Assembly: GCA_002431355.1 (NCBI GenBank)
Contig: DJEQ01000041.1
Coordinates: 35,258 to 99,257, forward strand
Reading direction: 5' to 3'
Source of the DNA: Oribacterium sp. UBA5894
GTDB taxonomy: Bacteria; Bacillota; Clostridia; Lachnospirales; Lachnospiraceae
Length of the DNA stretch: 64,000 nt
A program made the translations under genes and the position numbers. Shown one piece after another: positions 59,541-64,000 of the stretch; position 1 is the stretch's first letter; every line of letters starts with the position of its first letter. Below the pieces are notes generated by a model. The model did no database searches. It saw only the letters and a program-made list of their open reading frames with translations, and was not told where the DNA came from.

Positions 59541-60587
59541 TCAGAAGGTCACAACATCGTCAATTGGTCCCGTTCGAACAATGGACTTGAGCTGAAGTAC
59601 AGGACCTTCGCCACTGTATTCCTCGCGCTCCTCCATCGTTACGGTTGCAGTGAGCTTCGCCCAGTCTCTTGTTTTGAAGGGTGCAATCACTGCAGGATCG
59701 CCCTTCGCCACAAATCCAAGGAAGGTCATGTCCTGTGCACAGCAGGTCATGGCCATACGCCCCGGGATAAACTCATTGGCCGGAGACCCGTTCCGCTTCA
59801 GGATCATGGCTGTAAAGCTGATATCCTTTCCGATATATCGATCCGGGTTGTCCATGCAGTCCACGAACCAGATGCCATAATCCTCCGATGTCAGGGTGAT
59901 ACTCGGCTCATGAAGATCATATGGAAGATCCTCCGGAAGCATATCCTGCGGAATCTCTCCATTCTTATCTTCCAGAATCAGCATGGCTCCCTGTCCCATC
60001 GCACGAATCTTCCGGCGGAAGTCCACGAGCTGGTCCTGTGAAACATTGTCACAGCGATTGACTATGGCAAGTTCCGCATTGCGCAGCATCTGTCCCAGGA
60101 AGCTTCGCATGTTGGTGTTATTGATGTAGACGCCCAGGGTAGATCCATCCATGATGGTGATGACCTGATAAATCACCCAGCTTTCCGGCATGGAAAGTGT
60201 ATAGTTTGCCGGACGTCCCTGTGCCTTTGCGAGCTCCGGCTCCGACATCGGTCCCTGGTAAAGGTCATCCTGGTTCCAGACACCATTCCACTCAATGATG
60301 ACACGTTCCGGATGATACTGTGCCTGGAGCTTTGAAAGGTAGGCCTCATTAAAATCGGTTTCCTTTTCCATAGGAACTGCTACCGTATGATACTTCGCAA
60401 GCAGCTCTTCTTCATACTCGGATTCGCCCTCCTCACATAAGAGAAGAAGCGTCGTGCCTTCTGCCTGAAAATACTCCTGCGCCATGGTATATTTGATGAA
60501 TTCGGTTTTTCCAGCTTCCAGGAAACCGTTAATCAGGAATACCGGAATCTGGTCATCCTGCAGCTCGTAATTATCACTTGTTGCCAT
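59541..60587 (-). CDS. Degenerate G3E GTPase domain fused to a DUF1980/TIGR03943-type C-terminal domain
   Basis: GFLEAGKT, IIEWNG and NRCD motifs, then RMAMTCCAQD. Confidence 0.8.
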   Translation of the reverse strand: MATSDNYELQDDQIPVFLINGFLEAGKTEFIKYTMAQEYFQAEGTTLLLLCEEGESEYEEELLAKYHTVAVPMEKETDFNEAYLSKLQAQYHPERVIIEWNGVWNQDDLYQGPMSEPELAKAQGRPANYTLSMPESWVIYQVITIMDGSTLGVYINNTNMRSFLGQMLRNAELAIVNRCDNVSQDQLVDFRRKIRAMGQGAMLILEDKNGEIPQDMLPEDLPYDLHEPSITLTSEDYGIWFVDCMDNPDRYIGKDISFTAMILKRNGSPANEFIPGRMAMTCCAQDMTFLGFVAKGDPAVIAPFKTRDWAKLTATVTMEEREEYSGEGPVLQLKSIVRTGPIDDVVTF

Positions 60588-60599
60588 ACATACTCCTAT

Positions 60600-61850
60600 T
60601 TATTCGCAGAAAACCTGCTTCAATGCATCTTCCTTAAGATGAGCGCCGATCACAACCACCTTGCCCGTGAATTCAGGGGAGCCCTCACGCACCTCCGTCT
60701 GGCCCGGTACAAGGTCAAAGTACATCCAGTGACCACGATTGTCTGCATCTTCCAGCATACCCTTGCAACGGATGACGGTACCATAGGTCTCGCTCTCTGC
60801 CATTTCCTTCAGGATGCTCTCCAGCTTCGTCTTAGAGAATGGGTGCGGTGTCTCCATGCCCCAGTTCGTGAAGACCTCATCCGCATCATGATCATGATGA
60901 TGGTGATGTGCGTGTTCCTCATGGTCTTCATGCTCCTCTGCCTCATGATCGTGATGGCAGCAGCAGTGTCCCTCCTCATGATCCTCATGATGGTGCTCAT
61001 GCTCTTCGTCATGCTCATGATGGTAGCAGTGCTCCTCGTCGTGCTCGTCATGGTCATGCTCGTCCTCATGATCATGGTGACAGCAGCAGTGGTCTCCGTC
61101 ATGATGATGGTGATGGTGGTGATCATGGTGATGATGAATCGTGATACCATTATCGAGCGTCTCAATCACATCGTGATCATCGTCAGCCTCTTCCTCACCC
61201 TCATGCGCATGCACACGCTCCATGACTTCCTTCATCATGGACTCCTCCAGATCGTCCTTTCCGGAGATGATGCGGATCAGCTGCTCGCCGCTAAGCTCTG
61301 CTTCCGGCGTGGTCACCACCTGTGCCTTCGGATTGATTTCCTTCACAATCTTCACCGCCGTGTTCGTCTTCTCCTCCGGTGCAATATCCGTTCTCGAAAG
61401 AACCACCGTGCCCGCATACAGAATCTGGTTGTTGAAGAACTCACCAAAGTTCTTTGAATACAGCTTGGCCTTCTGCGCATCCACGATGGTGACTGCTGCA
61501 TCGAGCTCCACATCCAGGTTTCCGGAAACGGCCTTCACGGCACCGATAATATCGGAAAGCTTGCCGACACCGGATGGCTCAATGATGATACGGTCCGGAT
61601 GGTAGGTCTCCACCACCTCTGCCAGCGACTTCTCAAAATTCCCGACCAGAGAACAGCAGATGCAGCCCTGATTCATTTCCCGGATTTCAATGCCGGAATC
61701 CTTCAGGAAACCGCCATCAATGCCGATTTCACCGAATTCATTTTCAATAAGAACAACCTTTTCCGTCTTTAACGCCTCATCTAACAGACGCTGAATAAAT
61801 GTGGTTTTTCCAGCTCCCAGAAAGCCGGATACAATATCTATACGTGTCAT
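60600..61850 (-). CDS. COG0523/CobW-family G3E GTPase metallochaperone with a long His/Cys-rich insert
   Basis: GFLGAGKTT, ENEFG, GCICC, EPSG and SRTD motifs; His-rich tract; AAGGAG RBS before ATG 61850. Confidence 0.92.
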   Translation of the reverse strand: MTRIDIVSGFLGAGKTTFIQRLLDEALKTEKVVLIENEFGEIGIDGGFLKDSGIEIREMNQGCICCSLVGNFEKSLAEVVETYHPDRIIIEPSGVGKLSDIIGAVKAVSGNLDVELDAAVTIVDAQKAKLYSKNFGEFFNNQILYAGTVVLSRTDIAPEEKTNTAVKIVKEINPKAQVVTTPEAELSGEQLIRIISGKDDLEESMMKEVMERVHAHEGEEEADDDHDVIETLDNGITIHHHHDHHHHHHHDGDHCCCHHDHEDEHDHDEHDEEHCYHHEHDEEHEHHHEDHEEGHCCCHHDHEAEEHEDHEEHAHHHHHDHDADEVFTNWGMETPHPFSKTKLESILKEMAESETYGTVIRCKGMLEDADNRGHWMYFDLVPGQTEVREGSPEFTGKVVVIGAHLKEDALKQVFCE

Positions 61851-61958
61851 ATGATTACTCCTTCCAATCATCCTTCTGTGATTTGGGACAATGCAAACGG
61901 CCTGCAGGCACATCGCTCTTCGCGCACTGAAAAGGCATGAAGAGAACGGCTCTGCTCA

Positions 61959-61985
61959 TTAGCACTCTCTTAATAACACTGCTAA
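61959..61985. promoter_or_regulatory. CIRCE (HrcA operator)-like element
   Basis: TTAGCACTC-N9-CACTGCTAA: 16 of 18 positions match TTAGCACTC-N9-GAGTGCTAA. Confidence 0.75.
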
Positions 61986-62013
61986 GTATAGTCAGTGCCC
62001 TTTCTCTTGTCAA
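61985..62013 (-). promoter_or_regulatory. Sigma-A promoter of the COG0523 operon
   Basis: TTGACA-17 bp-TATACT; the last base of the -10 box is the first base of the CIRCE. Confidence 0.75.
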
Positions 62014-62112
62014 TGAACGCTCGTACGCATTTGCGTGCGTTTCAAAAGATTTCGCACTTTCATATCTCCTCAGCAACATGCATTTCCATGCAAAAATGGT
62101 CCCGCGATGTTT

Positions 62113-62862
62113 CTACTCCGAAAGATACTCGATGGCCTTTCGAAGATCCTCTGCCTTTTCAATGCAGATCGTCGCGCCACTCTCTTCGAGTTCCTTCTGA
62201 TCCCGGAAACCATAGATGCAGCCGATGGATGGAATTCCGGCACGCTTTGCCGTTTCCATATCGGTATTCGTATCTCCGACATACAGGCAGTCCGCTGCCT
62301 GCTTTCCGATATGTAAAAGAGCATCCTCCACGACACCAGTATCCGGCTTTAAAGGGTGTGTACCATCATCGCCGGAGATATAGTCGAAGTAGCCCGGTCC
62401 ATACGCCGCATCGAGCACCTTGATGGCTTCGTGCAGTGACTTGTTCGTAATGCAGGCGATCTTCCATCCTTCTGCCTTCAGCGCATCGAGGCAGGTCTTC
62501 AGTCCTTGATACGGTTCTGCCTTATAGGTGCAGTTATCCTTAAAGAGGTTCATGTACAGACTCCAGGCGTCATCGTAAAGCTCCATGACCTCATCGGCCT
62601 TCTGATCCAGATCGAAGGCCTTCTCTTCATCCTTTTCTTCCCATTTTTCCGCTTCCCGGTAATAGCGGTCTGCAGTCGCCGCAAGGGAACGTTCCACAAA
62701 CTTTTCGCCGCCATTGCCTACATATTTTTTCGTCTGCTCCATCGTGATACGATCGAGTCCCAGCTCATCCATGGTTTTATTCATGGTATCCTGCAGACTG
62801 TACAAGGTGTTAACGAGTGTTCCATCGAGATCCATCAAAAGTGCGCTGTATTTCTGTGACAT
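62113..62862 (-). CDS. HAD-family hydrolase (phosphoglycolate phosphatase-like)
   Basis: DLDGTL, TNK, KP and GDTNTD motifs. Confidence 0.88.
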   Translation of the reverse strand: MSQKYSALLMDLDGTLVNTLYSLQDTMNKTMDELGLDRITMEQTKKYVGNGGEKFVERSLAATADRYYREAEKWEEKDEEKAFDLDQKADEVMELYDDAWSLYMNLFKDNCTYKAEPYQGLKTCLDALKAEGWKIACITNKSLHEAIKVLDAAYGPGYFDYISGDDGTHPLKPDTGVVEDALLHIGKQAADCLYVGDTNTDMETAKRAGIPSIGCIYGFRDQKELEESGATICIEKAEDLRKAIEYLSE

Positions 62863-62964
62863 ACACTACCTCCATCCATAAAACAGAAAAATTATAACAC
62901 GAAGAAACTGCAATCGAAAGCAAAGCATGCTAGAATAACGAAAACACAGGGAGGAAACGAAGCG

Positions 62965-63684
62965 ATGAAATTTTATTATGGAGTCCAGAAGGGCTGTCAT
63001 CCAGGTGTATATGAAAGCTGGGACGCCTGCAAAAAGGAAGTGATAGGGGCAACCGGTGCCATCTATAAAAAATTTGCAGCACGTGAAGAGGCAGAAGCCT
63101 TCGTACAGTCGGAGGGATATGGCCACGCTGTGTCCGCCGCTTCGTCTCATCGCACCGCCCCTGCAGCGCCACGGGTGCCCGATCAAGCGACAGCGCCGCT
63201 CTTCCATGCGGTGACGGATGTTACGAAAGAGGATATTCTTGCAGAGCTCACCGACGTCACAACGGAAGCGCTCGCCTACGTGGATGGCAGCTTTAATCTC
63301 ACCTCAGGCATCTACGGTTACGGTGGTGTTCTGCTCTCCCGGGACGGGAGCCTGACCCCGCTGAAGGGACACGGACGGGATGATACACTTCGAACCATGC
63401 GAAATGTCGCCGGAGAGATTCATGGTGCGATGGCTGCGATTGAAGCAGCAGCTGCTGCCGGAATTCACAGCATTACGATTTTCTATGATTATATGGGCAT
63501 CGAGATGTGGGCAAACGGGCAGTGGAAAACAAACAAGGAAGGGACCCGCGCCTATAAGGCCTTTATCGATGATAAAAGGGTATCCATGGACATACAGTTT
63601 CAGAAGGTTGCAGCCCACACCGGGGTCCGCTTCAATGAGCTCGTCGATCAGCTGGCAAAGCAGGCTGTGGGCCTTCGCGTCTAA
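62965..63684 (+). CDS. Ribonuclease HI with an N-terminal hybrid-binding (caulimovirus viroplasmin) domain
   Basis: KFYYGVQKG..PGVYESW..C N-domain; YVDGS, NVAGE, DY.G and H.G..FNE.VD motifs. Confidence 0.88.
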   Translation: MKFYYGVQKGCHPGVYESWDACKKEVIGATGAIYKKFAAREEAEAFVQSEGYGHAVSAASSHRTAPAAPRVPDQATAPLFHAVTDVTKEDILAELTDVTTEALAYVDGSFNLTSGIYGYGGVLLSRDGSLTPLKGHGRDDTLRTMRNVAGEIHGAMAAIEAAAAAGIHSITIFYDYMGIEMWANGQWKTNKEGTRAYKAFIDDKRVSMDIQFQKVAAHTGVRFNELVDQLAKQAVGLRV

Positions 63685-63760
63685 GCTTTTTCATGACGAC
63701 GTGAGCCTGTCCGTGCCTGGACTTCAGCGATCAGCCTTTGGTGCACTTGTTCTGTAGTCC

Positions 63761-63800
63761 AAAATGCCGTGGCATGTGCGTTCACATCCCACGGCATTTT
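63761..63800. terminator. Bidirectional terminator between convergent genes
   Basis: AAAATGCCGTGG...CCACGGCATTTT inverted repeat. Confidence 0.75.
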
Positions 63801-63844
63801 CCTTCACGTTTTTTCTTCTTCTCTCTTCGTTCTTTTCTGCTTCT

Positions 63845-64000
63845 CTATTTTATCATCAGGAGGCGCTGATCGAACGCATCTTCTCTTCGCTTTCTCAGCG
63901 CTGTCCGTTTCTCATCCAGTACAATTCGTATCGTTAAATAAATGATGGGGCCAAGGTAGATCAGCAGCACCCAAAGGCTCGCAGCATCCATGGACTGTAC
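63845..64000 (-). CDS. 3' end of a probable membrane protein (partial)
   Basis: Open frame from the window edge: ...SLWVLLIYLGPIIYLTIRIVLDEKRTALRKRR...MIK*, a TM helix plus basic tail. The other two minus-strand frames close earlier. Confidence 0.5.
   Translation of the reverse strand, partial: VQSMDAASLWVLLIYLGPIIYLTIRIVLDEKRTALRKRREDAFDQRLLMIK

Noticed and set aside
60639..61457. Met/Val-rich hydrophobic plus-strand ORF and apparent short-period repeats
   Set aside because: This is the reverse complement of the CAT/CAC/GAG codons of the His tract. It is not a membrane protein and not a CRISPR array (no constant repeat-spacer pattern).
62965..63120. Viroplasmin domain as a sign of viral DNA
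   Set aside because: It is the ordinary hybrid-binding domain of bacterial RNase HI; there are no phage genes nearby.

Overview
This is a 64 kb core-chromosome segment of a Firmicute. Gene content and protein style point to Lachnospiraceae, possibly Oribacterium-like (inference). Nearly all genes lie on the minus strand; the exceptions are a COG2426 exporter and an RNase H. In coordinate order the window holds: a biotin-dependent Na+-translocating decarboxylase operon; rsmF; a Lys/Ala-rich small protein; a TPR-cdaA-cdaR-wzy-ytvI operon; tRNA-Leu(CAG); infC-rpmI-rplT with an L20-type leader; tig-clpP-clpX-engB; cmk-ispH-rpsA; aspartokinase; a MacB-type ABC with a large surface protein; serS; a long ftsK-fhs-murE-murF-priA-def-fmt-rsmB-rlmN-stp-prkC-rsgA-rpe-pdxK run; an orphan regulator; an SH3/NlpC-P60 hydrolase; a COG2984 amino-acid ABC transporter; a His-rich COG0523 GTPase with a DUF1980-type partner; a HAD hydrolase; and RNase H. 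I saw no mobile elements, prophage or CRISPR. The most interesting signals are regulatory or architectural. (1) A CIRCE (HrcA) operator overlaps the promoter of the COG0523 metallochaperone operon. (2) HisR-type palindromes sit on two separate promoters of the adjacent 'TrpX-like' ABC transporter. (3) A lipoprotein-OadG subunit is fused to a second, duplicated biotin carrier in a decarboxylase operon whose CoA-carboxyltransferase is degenerate. (4) Face-to-face promoters predict overlapping antisense leaders for the c-di-AMP operon and the COG2426 exporter. All family assignments come from motif recognition by eye; no database searches were run.
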